From contig OZ320317.1 in assembly GCA_976226885.1 (NCBI GenBank), positions 77,996,001 to 78,060,000 of the forward strand: a DNA stretch of 64,000 nucleotides. The letters are read 5' to 3'. The notes under the pieces are model-generated. The model ran no database searches. It saw nothing but the letters and a program-made list of their open reading frames with translations, and was not told the DNA's origin. Of this stretch, positions 1 to 14,700 are shown piece by piece. Position 1 is the stretch's first letter; every line of letters begins with the position of its first letter. Position numbers and translations under genes: made by a program. Source of the stretch: Iphione sp. A-MEVVRFRX5 (Eukaryota).

Positions 1-149
1 AGAATAGAATACCAACTCTATGAATTATACCATGACATCTGAGTGATCACTTCATCGACAGCTTCGGATAGGGTTAAAGAAAGTTAATGTCATATTTCAA
101 AATGGCTCCTCAAGATTTCAATGGAAACTGTTGTATACGGTGGGAGATG

Positions 150-330
150 TTCCTTGCGCACAAAAGGGGCCGGCATACTTTATTCAAAATAAGAATTAGG
201 ATGGACGTTATATGTTCTTTGCAGCAATATACATCTTGTGTTCTGCAAGGATCAAGACTTGGCGCTCTCCCTTTTTCATTATTGGACTTACCTGAATATA
301 TACAAGGAGAAATTACCTTGTCTCCAAATA
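150..330 (+). mobile_element. Decayed non-LTR retrotransposon RT relic
   Basis: SCVLQGSRLGALPFSLLDLPEYIQ resembles the RT motif SGVPQGS.LGPLLF..YINDLP; short and degenerate. Confidence 0.45.
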
Positions 331-435
331 TCCACACGGTGGAAAACGCTTTGATTAGGGCGACCAGATTGAGAAATTTATTCTCATTCTCATTCTCAAC
401 CTAAACAGTAATGAGGGCTAACGACTGCCACTCAC

Positions 436-1998
436 CTCGCCCCTACGGAGGGCACATAGTCCGCAACCACTCGCAGAACCTGGTCGAAGGTGGCCGTCTG
501 TCCATTCTTGTTACCCAGCACCCTGAACGTGTAGTCCCCGGGACTGAGTCCCGCCGTGTTTACCACCCAGCTGCTGCCCGTGTGGGAGAAGAGGCCCGTC
601 ACTTCCTGGTCACAAGCCGAACCAGCCGGGAAGTGACCCTCGGTAGGGTCGCCAGTCACAACTAGGCCAATCTGACAACAATCATAGGCCTTGGTCAACA
701 GAAAGGACACTCAATGCAAATAAGGTTTCAGGCAGGTTTCGATACGCCGACTGTTTTCTGGCGTTCCATAAGTATAGGAATATACATGTCGTTGAAATAC
801 CCAGAAATATTAAACGTACCCCGAAATGCTGGGGGGGGGGGGGAATCGCCCCGATGCTTTGTAGCATATGTGCTTGCTTCCAATATTAACACTCCTGTAC
901 CAGAAGGAGCCAACTCATTTCTATACCACAGAACATCACCTCCTCGGTTTCAATCTCGATTGAAGTGTATTGTGAAAACAATGCATTTGTATTCATATGA
1001 ACGACCAGGTGCTACGAAATCTAAGATAGAATACGGGTCTGTCCATTACATCAGGGCAACAGTGATATGCTTGAAATTATCCTACTAATTAGTGACGTGC
1101 CGGTGAAGGTTTCAGGAACTATACTACATGCTCGTGTAAAGTAGCTCAATATTGTCGTGAGACAATGAGTCAGTCACATACACACACAGCTTACCTTGCA
1201 GGACCAGGAGAAGGTGATGGGCCCCTTGGAGGAGGTCTTGTCACTCAGGTCAAAGGAGAGTTGGCCTGCATCGAGCAGTTCGCCCTCCCGTCGACCCTGC
1301 TGTACCACCCTCAGGTCACCCCCGCTCAGACGCACCTGAAGCTGAGACTTGAGCAGCCCCATGTACAGCCAGTCGGACGTCTCGTTCAGCGTGCCGAGCA
1401 GCTCGATCTTGAGCTTGTACAGCCCTGGCTCCAGCACCTTGGTATCCTGTGGCCAATATGGTTGAATGAGAGGATCATGGCCAGTGCAGATGGGAGGTGA
1501 GAATGGTTGTAGTTAATGGTGTTTAGGTTTGATAGGTAGAACAAGAAGAACATGGGAATATTTGAACAATTAAGGTCATTGGTCATCAAATCTTGATCCA
1601 TCGAATAATCCTCGTGCAGGAGCCGTTCGGTCTGTGAAGTAACTCTTGTACTCAGGTTATGACTGTAATGGCTCGCTAACAGTATCTTTGTTATGAATCT
1701 ACGTTTACAATAACATAAACCAAAATGTTAACCTTTATTTGTAGAAAGTAACTTCGACCGCCATTGTAGTAGTCGGTGGACAATAGGGTGAGAGCAGTTG
1801 TTTCCGGCTCGGCCCCCGACCCGGACCCGGAGCCGTCCGTTGAAGGTTCGGAGACGTTGGCGATGTACCAGCGATAGAGTCGGTTTGAGCTACATGAGCC
1901 ACTCACCAGGGGTAAAACCTCCAGGTTACCCACACCCATAAAGAGCGGCGTAGTGATGTCCTTGTAGGAATCCGGTAGAGAGAGAGATACGCAGTTTT
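436..1998 (-). CDS. REJ module N-terminal part, exons 1733-1998, 1195-1446, 436-671
   Basis: NCVSLSL..SGSC..YRWYI..|[41 protein letters not shown]|..[28 protein letters not shown], resembling the REJ-region motifs of polycystin-1/REJ proteins. Confidence 0.75.
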
Positions 1999-4900
1999 CT
2001 AAGAGGGGAATAACGACAAAATCAAGAAGAATGAGGTGTGTTAAGCCGGTGTAGTATACATCGAACTTTAAAGACTAGAAGCAGTAGTACCCTACAATGA
2101 ATGGATAATACCGCCTCGGTGATAAGTCTAAAGTCTTTAAGGGTATGGTTCCAATTATAGGGACATACATTTGATAACCCTCAACAGATGTTCATCAATC
2201 TAGAAAAGAGTTGCCCTTAGACAAGGACCGGAGGATTTACTATATAAAAGATGTGAAATTATCTGTATGTACCTATCATCACCACCTTTCGGCGATAAAG
2301 CTGTTTGGCTTCAGGTGGACATTCTCTGTCTTCTTTCACCTCTCACTCTTTTCTCTCTGACCTATTCTTTCTGTACGTAAACAATATTTCCAAGAAGCTA
2401 TCGAAATCTGGTATGTCTTTTGAACGATATGTCTGCCCACATTGGTAAGGATCAACCATTGGGCAGGTAAGAAAATGTAATTTCTGTCTCATCATAATGG
2501 GACGCTGTTTGGTCAGAGGACAGAATGCAAAGGGAGCTCTTCAAACCACAAAATAGATCGTATATACCATCTTACTGTATATTCTCAGAACCAATATATT
2601 TCCTAATGTAAATACCATCCACCTCTATTTTAAATACATGTATGCCAAGGACGTTACCTCTTCTTCAATGATCATGAGCAAATCCTGCCTCAATAAACAG
2701 AGAAAGCGTGTACCTTCGAATTACGAAGCTCCTACACATAACGTTTCCCCACAAATTACATCTCTACGAAGCATAAAATTCTATAAACTCTGAACTACAG
2801 TTGTATACAATGACGCCTCTGACTGTGATCACCTCGTTAATATTGCCAAATTAGTCTGGAACCGAATTTATTCCTATCTAGCCTAATATGAAAACCCTTC
2901 AGTAATTCGGCCACGTTTAGGTGATCATGGCCATTTCCGTCATTCTCTCAGGCTGGAAGAGTTCACTCACTTTTCCGGACTAAGGCCTAAAAAAAGAGTT
3001 CTGTGTTTCCGGTAACAAGCCCAAAAAATATAGGGTTGGTAGGTCGGTGGCATATTTTTTTTTATTTCTCTTTTTTTCAATGTAAAAAAATGCTCCCATC
3101 AACAAATCAATCTGGCAATATATGTTCTAATGGTTAGATCTTAATGAAATATATACCAAATGAAAGCTTATATCATAAGGAAGACAATGGTGTATCATAT
3201 GAGTCTATATCTTTATTCTTTGCTGAAATATTCATAAAACAAGTATAAAATAAAAATTTACATTGACACCAAAATTAGGGTCGGTCGGGTTACCGGAAAC
3301 ACAGATATTTTTTGCTTAGGCCTAATCATTTTAGTACCAATCATAATCAGATTAACAAAAGGGATACTCTATCATTTACAGCATTTATAAAAAGTCCTTT
3401 CAAACTTCAGACAGTAAATAAATGCTGTACACGTTTAAATTGGATTTAGAAAATCTGTGAATAAACTGACCTGTACATTTGAGCGCTCCCAGTGTGACCT
3501 TCGCCTGCTGGGTTCCAAGTAGAATACCCTGGATATCCAAGCCCCTCAGGGGCATGCTCTGGGTGTCGGTTATAGAACCGGTGTCTGTTCCAACGCTTCC
3601 TGACGCCAGGCACCTGCACGATCCTAAGAAAAGAAATTAAACTCACGTAGGAATAACGAAACATCGTTATTTCTTCCAATTGGTTAGATTTAAATCACTT
3701 TGGCCTTTCCCACCCCTGATGTATAGCCGTCCATTTTAGTGCAGGCAGGTATAGTACAGAATTTCCCTAATTATCATTATTGATATTCTTCATGTGATAG
3801 AGCCAACAAAAGCCTAAGGTATCCAGTCCTTGCTATGATAGCAAAACTCAGCGAAGTACAAATGTTTGTTCAAAGAGGGTTAAAATTTCCAAGTGTTTCT
3901 TCCATAGGGATGCACGGACTAAGTTTCGCTATTTGACTGTTCCCCAAACACATTTTCTGTTGCTTAAACTCGCACCATACCTGGCAGACAGAGGGAGCTA
4001 CCAGTTGTCCAGTCACTGAGGTTTGTATTCCCGTAGGAAAACCAGGATATGGACGTCAACGACACTCCGTTACATTCAACTTTAACTGACATAAAACATT
4101 GCTGCGACCTCTCCACCAGCGTTCGCACCTGAAAAGAAGGATTGACAAATGATAATGAAGAACTAGTTGGCGTGAAGCTAAACTTCACGATACGGTGAAC
4201 CCAAAATGCGCCACGCTTGTAAACAATGCAAAATAGATTGCAATGGAAACATTCATGAAAAAGATTTTATTAAAACAAATACGCGATATGATTGGACGTC
4301 ATTGACAGATTGTTGTATATTTCATTTTATTAACATGCTGGCAGATAGCACGAGGTCTAAACATCTTCAGTCTGTATGCGGAACCAGGAATTCGGACAAC
4401 CGGGTACTGTTTACCTTAACCGAAGCACACAGTCCACCCCCCGTTATCAGATAATATACACGAGATTGTTATAAACACTATAATATGTACATATTTGTAT
4501 TTCACAAACATTGGCCTACATGGGACACTCTTAGACCCCTACAACTTAGATTAACGGTATAGTAGCACTCCCCGAGGTCAAAGGGCTTAACATAAATTAA
4601 AACATTTTCTTTACATATTCTTTTTTCCCTACGTATCCATATCTAAAAGTATCAGCCTCACCGTTTCTATGGGAATGTTAGAGCCCCCATCCAGGTAGTT
4701 TATGCCGACTGTGAGTGGCGTTCCAGCCGTCACTAGGGTCGTCATTTGGTCGTGGTTCACCTCCGTGTACAGAGCCCCAGCCTCCATCGTACAGGTGGCG
4801 TTGTAAGGCAGGTCGGGGCCATCCAGACCGTCGGGGTCGATCAGATACACAGACGTGGTCGTGTAGCCCAGGTTGTACCACAGGTCGCATGTATCCTGTC

Positions 4901-5666
4901 CAACTGGCAGATGACAACGGTGAATTATACATGAACATATCTAAGGAGAGTGCACTAGATCGGTTAATTTTGTCTCCAATTTGAACACTGTATGCTTATC
5001 TTCCAGAACGCTCGCTCACTTATGGGCTGCACAAAAAAGACGAAAATGTTGTTTGAAGTCTGTCTTCATTATAGAATTATTAGGAGAACATATTTCTTGC
5101 TCATCATGAACTTCTAATACACTATATGCGAGGCCCGTTCGGGGCTGTTCATATGTATCTGTTTCTTTTCCGAAACGAATGGATAATGAGCCGTAGACCT
5201 GTCTAGGACGGATTTTCTATGGATACGGACACGTTTTCCATAGGCCGCAATGGTGCAAAGACATCTGGAAGGAATTAAGTACACACTCCAAGGAAATTAA
5301 AAACGACTACGGACCCATAGAGATGTCTTTGTACTCATGCATGTGAATAGGGCCATACTGGTACTTTGAGTTGGGGTTTCTGTTCTGGGTAACGTATTAA
5401 GGAGTGCCCTACCGTCACAGGTGTGTCCACTCCAGCCGATCGTACAAGTGCACGTGAAGTTGCCCGTTAAGTCGGCGATGCAGGTGCCTCCGTTTTGACA
5501 CGGGTACGAATTACAGGGGTTGACTGTGTAAATATTTTAAGACATATATATTGAATTAAGTCATAATCATAAAAGAGAGCAACAGATGAACGAAGAAAGC
5601 AATATATGAGAAAAAATTGTGGTAGAAAGAAAGGGAGACAGAAGGACAATAGAGGGAGGAAGGGGC

Positions 5667-5726
<60 letters not shown>

Positions 5727-8700
5727 GTTTCACGTGCAGGATATTTACAGCTCTGGACTTAAGATGTGATTGTAATTGAATTTCTGTGGAGAGATAGTCC
5801 GGTAATCATTCCCAAAGCGCCCATAAAATCACAGTATCTATATATTCGACACATATTCATCAATCAATCAATAAATCACTCACTCAAAATCCAGTGGAAG
5901 TATGAATAAACGCTCTATTACCTACGAGCCCTCCTTCCCGTCCCCCTTTAGTACTGTTTGTACTCACATATTTCACACATGATCCCCGTCCACATTCGGG
6001 TACAGTCACAGTGGTGTTGCATGGAGTCCGTGTAGCGGGGTTGGCAGGTTCCCCCGTTCACGCAGGGGTTGGAGACACAAAAATCCACTGGAACAAATTC
6101 AGAAAACCTAGTCAGTCAGGGAACACACGGCTCAGAATGAGAGCACTTCCAAACGGGAAATATGCTTAATACTAATGTATAGGTGAATGGTATACTTGCT
6201 GATAAATACATGCAGTATGATTTTTTTTTATTTTTTAATGACATCAAGTTCTCATAACTACACTTATTGACAAGCGCTATGAGTGTAACTTCAATTAAGG
6301 ATATCCCTTACCATTACAAAGTGTCCCCTGCCATCCAGGCGTGCAGGAACAGTTGAAGAACTGATTGTAAACGTCTTCGTTACATGTTGCACTGTTCTGA
6401 CAGGGCGACGACGTACAAGGCATGTCTGCAAATGAAATATTCGTAATCTGTGTTTAATCTGTCTCTAATAAATGCAACAAAAAGAAACAGTAAATCACTG
6501 CCATATCGACAGATAAGATGGCCAAGAAAGAACTTGCAGTTAACCTATCGATTATTAGTTTGTTTTCGTGAGTCCACATGTTTGGCTTCCATCATCGTAA
6601 TTTCAAACCAAGTGGTTAACATATTTTTCTGTCCAAACGATCACCCTGGAGAGCAAGACACAGTTTGGATAAGAATGATTACAAGATACTTGACCCAGAT
6701 GGGCAACGTTTGGACATGTTAGATTGAGCACTGGAAACAGAGGTAGCATCACAGGATTATAGCCAAGACGTAGGTTTGTATGGGATAAAAGGGGCGTGAT
6801 TTACTTACTGTATTCACAGTGGACACCAGTTCTTCCATGTGGACATGTGCAGGAGTAGGTTTCACTGGGAGACACATGGAGTGACTGACAGGTGCCTCCG
6901 GCCATGCATGGATTACTTTCACAGTAGGTGACTGCAAGATAGCGTGCAAAGCTGAATTGATGCAGTCATGCAAAGTCAACAATGATCAGACATAGACCCT
7001 CATTGAAAGGCCGTATTTAATTTCTCCATACAGATTATGATGTCACACCCAATGCAAAGATATGCCTTTGGCCAGTTTGTAAAATACCCCGTGGTGCTGG
7101 TTGGTACACATATTAGAGGCTAAAGCTACTCGTTCTAATGATTATATCAATCTGTTATAGAGAGAGAATTATCTGATAACATACATTTAAGGCCCCTCGA
7201 CCCCAGAGAAAGGGCTCTTTTCATAACCAAGGACGTATGGTTTAGAAGGTCTACACTTTGTTTACACTACACTTATAGCTGATATTAAATAGCTGCCAGA
7301 AATGGTCCCGATGCATTCTAATGACTGTGCATGCTTCAATGACAGCTAGCCAATCAGGGAGGCATTTATAGAGATCATGTAGGCCTACTGGGGGGATTTT
7401 CCCATTGATGATGTCATAGAAAAGGGAATCCATACCAGTTTGTATCAACTGCCACTGCAAGCATTAAAGACGCTTGTTTACAGAAGAAATTGCCCTTTAA
7501 TTTCTTATGTAAGGTAATACTTATTATAAGGAATAAATCAGACTACATTGCCACTATTATGTTATAAAAGCTTCGATATAGTTGGGTACTGTAAAAGAAC
7601 TTCTACTAAGTAAACCAATCAGCTTAAAGTACGGGGTTGACTGGTAGAATTTTGTCATGAATTAAAGTTCCGTTTTTTTAGATAGTAGTCAAACATCTCG
7701 AAATTGATATAGCTCTAGTAATTAGTGTTACAATGACTGAAAGATCTTAACTTGATACCGATTAGACATGACAAAAGCATGTTGCTAGAGCAGCAAAGAC
7801 TTCCCAAGTTCGCAATGACTCACATTCGCAAACGTTGCCATAATATCCACTGATGCATGTACAATTGAAATAATCCAAGGAAAAGTCCTCGTAGCAGGCT
7901 CCACCATGCTCACAGGGGTAGGACATGCATGGGAGGACTGGAAGATGAACATTGAAAGTGAATGAATTTATCAATTGTGCTCCAACATACACTTTAAATA
8001 CCTGAGGACAGCTTCTCGTAATACCGTTTGATATGCTGGCATACCATTCTGGTCATATATTCAGGAGGGACTCAAATGAAGGCCAGTTAGTTGACCTTTA
8101 GTTCACAGGTTATTTTTCTTTTCTTCAAATAGACCTCCAGATATAACCAAATGTCTAAATTAGCACAATGATTCGCTCTGTTATATGAGGGCATTGATTT
8201 CATGTACAAGGTCGCTAAAACAGCCCTCTTGCAGAGGAACAGCTTTAGATAGTTCCAGCTCTACATACTATATTCGCAGTGTTCTCCTGTCCTGTCTGCA
8301 GTGCACTGACAGTAGTATGTTTCGTTGTACAGTTGGTGGAGCGAAACGCAAGTTCCACCTCCCTGACAGGGATTCGAAACACAGTACGTGTCTGCAAGAA
8401 AAAAAGGTGATAGAATTGTCACAATCTCTATTTTTTCAATCTCCCCTATCTTAATATCCATATAGTTTTAGTTACTATCTTTTATACCGGTAACATTATC
8501 CAAGTGCAAACACCTAACTTATGATCATGGTTGTATGGACTCCGTCAGCTATCAGAAATCAGCAGTAATATTCATTGCGAAAAAGAGCATTGTGTATTTC
8601 GAGTACATTTGTTTGAATAAAACATGCAACATTTTACCTTCACAGTGGGTGTTTATATAACCTGTGGTGCAGTTGCAGGTATACCTAAAACCAAACTCAG

Positions 8701-11700
8701 GGATGATGCAAAGACCATCATGTTGACACGGGTTACTTATGCACGGGTCCTCTAGAAACACAAATGAAGTGTAAACATGATGATAAGGTCATGAAAATGA
8801 AAATGAAAATAAAGACTGAAAATGTAAATCTGTAAAAACAATGCATCATATGAAAGCTACAAATATGTGTATGTCGATAGTAAAATAGATAAGAAGTAAG
8901 ACTATAGGGCATACCACATACACTGATTGGTATGAAGATGCTGTGTCGTACCAGACACACAGATTAATTCAAAAGATGACCAGTCATAACAGACTAACAG
9001 ATGAAATATAAACGACAGTAGACAGTAAGTCTTGAAGTCTAAATTTTCTTTTTAGAATCTCATTGCATTAATTTTGAATCATCAACACGGCTGAAGGAGT
9101 CATTTTTCATTCTTGCGCCCTTGGGCAGTTTAAATGACAGATCGAATGAATGAGAAGCATCTTGAAACTCACCGTATTCACAGGACTGCCCAAAGAAACC
9201 AGCCGGGCAGGAACAATTGTAGTAAGTGGGAGCCACCTCCGTGGAGCAGGTGCCGTCGTTCATGCAGGGGTTACACAGGCAATAGTCAACTACGAGTAGA
9301 GAAGAGAAGGAGGCAATGATACACTGATAGTTTAATGCAGCATTTTTACTTACAATGTGTATTTACGGATGCCGGGCTCGACCATTACGGTATATTTTTC
9401 GAAAAGCCGCATGCAGAAGATACAACAGGCCAACACTAAGCTGTTGCTGCTGAGTTACCAACTGTATTCTCACTATGAATATCAATACACCAAGTGCCAA
9501 TTGTGTTTACTATAGTAGACTGGAAATGTAAGGCCGTCAGGCCTATCCCAAATCCAGAAATAAAGAAGTGAAAAAAAAGGAATTGTCATAATTTTAATGC
9601 CCATATGATTACGGAAGTATGTAGTTCTAACATAAGTCAATTTTATTTGTATTAATATTGGTTAATTATAGTTATTAAGTCCCGTGCTTTGCATAAAATT
9701 ACCGGAGATCTTGCAGTATGGTATTTGCACTATGTCTTTTTGCATTATGGCGATACTTTGTACTATGTGTCGTTTCCGGACTGATCGCGAAAGCAGTCTA
9801 TTTTTTTTTTCAAATAGCATCGGTTCTAACACTCGGGCCATGCATTCTTTCATGTCTGGGTGTATTTTCATACGTCCATTGTACATGCACATACATTTTC
9901 CTGTTTATTTCTTGCTGTTAGAATGATGTTTAACCATTAACGTCGGCAGGTTTGAGGGACCATTTCTCAAGGCTGGGATAAAACAGAAAAATATATCCGG
10001 GAGGAAAGATGATATATTATAATATGAATTTAAATTCACTTTTGATCAAATAGGCAACACAAAGCATTTCAGTGTACATTTCTACACAATAAGCCTGGCG
10101 TTCAGTCATATAGACAATTTTTAATGTCAAACCGATACTTTTTCTTGTAATAATGCTGTTTGATCTGTTTTTTTTAGCTAATGCCTTAAGACATCATCCA
10201 TCTGCCCTTATAGGGTTAAGTAGACATAGATGTGTCGGCCAACCTCTTTGAGTGCCCATCCTTTCACTCTTTAAGCAGGAGTAGACTGGCAAGACCTTCT
10301 GTGTCTGTGTGTAGTAGGGGTAGAGGCAGTCCTTCTCATCTCTCAGGAGCCACCGCTAAGCATACTACCAGCTCAAGGCCACCCTGCTGTTTCTGTTGCT
10401 GGTGGCAGGGCTTCCCGTTGGTGGATGCACGGGTGCTGGGCACTAGTGCACCACATGAATTCATTGGTCTGCATTATGTATAGGCAGCTAGTGGGCTTCC
10501 AATTGCCCAACCCACCTAGAGGCAATTAGAGGAAACTACATGTTCCAGATTTACCACTTTACTCACCCCCCAGTGCATGGGGATACAGTGGGTGCAAAAC
10601 CAGAAGTATGTGTCTCAACTCATTTAGGCCCAAGATAGGCCACATGCAGGTCACACCAGCTATGAAAGGTTACATACTAACGACCAGCTTTGGACCCATG
10701 ATCAACTGTGAAGACCCTGAGGCTAGGGGTTAACCTGCCTGGAGTCAGCTCCAACAGGTTATAGGGTGGTCAAACCAATGCCCTAGTTTTTCATGGATGG
10801 TCCATGTGTACACTGATGTCCATGTTAGTCTCAGCAGGTCACTTCTCCTAGATCACACTAGTCCCCTTTGAGGTTCCAGCGCTATGAGCCAGCCAGAACA
10901 TGCGTACATTGTGAAGACTCAAGGTAAGGGGTTAGCCTAGCCAAGAGTCAGCTCCACAAAGGGTTACAAGATTGTCATACCAACACGCCAGCTTTACACA
11001 ATAGTACTAGTGCCATGCCTGCCAGACACCTACCTTTCAAGTCAGGCTGTTGCTCCTTTTCTCTGCTGAGACAACTGTTAGACAACTTTTCAGATTCAGC
11101 CATAGGATTAAGCCCCTCTGCCTCTGGCCGATGGGCAGACGCATACTATATACACTTTTGTTGCTTAGGCCATTAGCTTTCATTTTATATCATTTCATTA
11201 AGATTCAAATAGGGTAAGTGGTTTTGTTGGGTTTGGAAACATACATTTGTTGTTTCCAACTCCATTAGAAATGTAAAAATAGAAACAACCCTACCTACCG
11301 ACCCTATATTTTTCAACATGTTCCTAGAAACACAGATACAAAATGTATTTTCTTTAGACCTTAACTGAATGATATCAGTTTTGCATGGTAAGCATGGCAG
11401 GTAATTCTGCATTGTAACATCAGCCCTGCTGATGGACTTGCACTTAGAAGCCTTGGACTAAACATGAACTCCGTGCACTTACAGTGTTGACAATCATCGC
11501 CGTAAGCAGGTACTGTGCAGGCGCAGCTGTAGTGGGGATAATTGTCAGTGCACACTCCTTGATTCTGGCAGGGTGTGTTCGAACAGGCGCTCTCAAAATC
11601 TAGGGAGAGAGTGTACATTTCACTCATATACAATGCTTACATAACAATAAGTGTAAATATGCTATGAGTTTATATGTGCAAAAACTGCTTTCTATAGGTA

Positions 11701-14700
11701 AATTCCTACTTCTAAAAAGGGATCTGCAATCCCTTTTAATACATGTACTTTTGTTCCTGTATGACATATTCCACGTCTCTTCTAATAAGAAACATAGTAC
11801 CAAGAGTTACCTCATTGTTATAGTCAAAATTTGGCATTTTGACATGCATATGTATATGTTTATCCACTTTAGTTTATCCACAGTATCCCCTGGTCATGCT
11901 TGATAACGCGCTGATTTGACCAGAAAAAAAGAAGCGCCCGCATTATTGAAGGTGCAAGAAGAGGTCAGATAAGAGGCATTTTGAGTAAGGAACTTATGAA
12001 GCATGGAAAGAAGGTGCACGGAGGGACAGGATAGGCATGTCAGGGATGACCAAATGCAGCAACAGGGAGTTATCGCAGGGTGAGGGAACTGGTTAAAAGT
12101 TAAAAAGCAAAGTTGCGAGAAAAGGTGTCAGGAAAGGTCCAGACATCCAAAGGAACCAAGGAAAGGTTCAAACAAAGCCGCGATCAAAGGTAAGTTTATA
12201 TCCTAGTCTGAGAGAGGGGGTGCGACAAGCAGGTAACTAAGGGATGACTGAGGGAAGATATGAATTAAGTTCGGGTGTCAATTGATAAAAATAACGATGT
12301 GGCTGTGACCGTGAGGTGGGCCGAGGAGTCACAATTTAAACAATCTATATATTTCTTTGAGATTTTTTAGGATAATTGTTCTTTACGGGGGAATATATAT
12401 GGTCTCAGTGCTGGCGTTACACGCGCCCCGTTGTCGGTGAACCCCCGACTCGATCCGTCCCCGAAGGCGGAAGCTGATGGAATCAACGTGCGAGAGAGGG
12501 CGCCAGCAGTGTAGCCCTGGCCCGCCGCAGTGGCCAGTGGGACCACCCAGTCGGCAGTGGCGGCCCCTGCGTAATCAAGCCCAACTACCTGGCCGGGCTG
12601 TACCTGAAATGAGATTGATGTGCATGTGCATATCACTGATCTGCCAATTGAACGCATCCAACAATTATGGATAATCATAACGAACTAACAGCTACAAACA
12701 GGCATGTAGGGCGAGCTTAAAATCGAGCTGGGATATAACCATTTGGATCCACTTCATAAGCGTGGGTCTCGATCTTTTTATTCTTTTTATCGCCAACGCA
12801 AACCAGTTACCATGCGAGGAGTAGTCTTAACCATTAACAAAGTATAACTTACCCAGAACCGTTCGCTCTGGTTCACGGGCGCATACGTGATATTGTCCAG
12901 CGGAAATCCACCACCGTCGCCGTGGATGTCGCCCGCTGTCAGGTGACTGGCGCCCACCATGTGGTACTCTCCACTGACGCCGGTGCTGGCCTGCCAGAGG
13001 GACGCACGGAAACTTCCGGTCTGGAGTGGATAGTAGCCCCAGCCCGCAAGGACGCCCTGCCCGGTCGTCCCGAGGTCGGCGTAGAGGCGAGCAACTCGGT
13101 CCCCGCTCCCTCCAAGTTCAGTGAGCAACAGGTCTTTCGGAGAGAAGTACTTGGCAACTGGGGAGAAAGGATTTACAAGGCACGTATAGAGCAGTACACT
13201 CGGAGAACAGATTAAGTTCTTTATTAAAGAGAAAGATCCTCCCATTAAAATATATAGGAAGGGGTATAGACAAATGTGAATAATAATACATAACAGATTG
13301 AGTAAAGGATGTCGATTATATACGTATAAAGATAGGCACCAGAAGAAAATGTTGATTAAAGAACCAAGACCAAGAAGAGTTTCAAAACCAGTTGTATGCA
13401 TAATTTTGTTTATGGAGTAACTTACGAGAAATGGGCATTACATCAATATACCCTGCTGCCTATGTAAAGTACAAAACTCTAGCATAATACCTTTATTGCC
13501 GTTACTTGTAATTATTATCGAAGTAGGCGAGAAGCAGGACAAGATTAAAAGAAACAGACAAACACGGAGAAACAGCCAGACAGAAAGATAGGCTTATGTT
13601 CGTACGGAGAGGCAGAGACGAAGATAAATTGTCACACTTCTGGTAGAATCCTTAAAGCTTGTGTGACTTTTTTCATGTATGTTTAATAGGTAAATTCGTA
13701 TATATATATATATGATTTACCTGGTGGAGCCCTGTATATACAAGGGATGCCAGGGGCCACCCAGGTGGAGAGAAGGATACTAATGGCATCGTTTTGAGGC
13801 GCCTCAGTAGTGCCGACTTCGTTGGTTTGACAAGGGTCGATATATGTGGTCGTGATTTCTGCGATTTCTGAGTGAAAGGAAACAAATAGAAACCACAGCC
13901 AATATAACGGTTATTTAGTTAATTTCTTTTCTTAAAAAAATAGATGTAGTATGAGCCAAAATGAGGTGAAAGATGATATAGGCAACGCAATGTAAGGCGC
14001 AAAAACGGCATTGTTTGTACTTGCATACATTAACGTTAAATAAGTTATTTTAACTGTGCTCGTTTACAAGTCATATTTCGGATAACGCTCTCTTTACCCT
14101 TTTACTGTTTTTCGAATGCTAATTTTCATTAGAATACAAAGAGGTTATCTAAAAGTCAAGAGGCCATGCAACAGAGACGACTCCACTACATGAGTTCATG
14201 TTTCTTACCGCCTCCTGTTACAGTTTCCATGGTGCCGGTGTACACCTCTTCAGTATACAGAGAGGGTGTGGCTAGCAAAACAGAGAGAACATATTCTAAT
14301 TCATATTCAGGCATTGTTTGCGTGCTGGGCTCTCGATGTAACCATAACTGCACTACGATATTTAAAGGAGTACACAAGTAATAACGTGATACCACTACAT
14401 TGATGTATTGGCCTGACTTGCCAAAAATTCACATTACTATTTACTAAAATTCCCTACATATTCCAGAGTGGGACAGCTATACTATTACAATTATCATAGT
14501 CTACTCTTGATATCTGACTTCACCTGTGTGTGTCTTTTTTGGTATCCTTTCTCTGCTAAAAATATATTTTGTAATGAAGCCAGCGTGACCAAAATGTGTA
14601 GGATATCGCAAGGTATGCAAGGTGAAGTAAATATAACAACTAGCTCTCAAGCAAATGAAGTAGTTCTACCTGCTCGTGTGGTCCTCGATGTTGCATTAGT

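Noticed and set aside
87-404. 105-aa ORF as a host gene, or 110-337 as the next REJ exon
   Set aside because: Better explained as an RT relic; no phase-2 acceptor giving REJ-like sequence.
5161-5353. Possible MITE with weak terminal inverted repeats
   Set aside because: Only about 13/18 TIR match and no clear TSD.
14524-14555. Exon-like AG..GT segment of 32 (or 29) nt in the linker intron
   Set aside because: Not a multiple of 3; would shift the frame.
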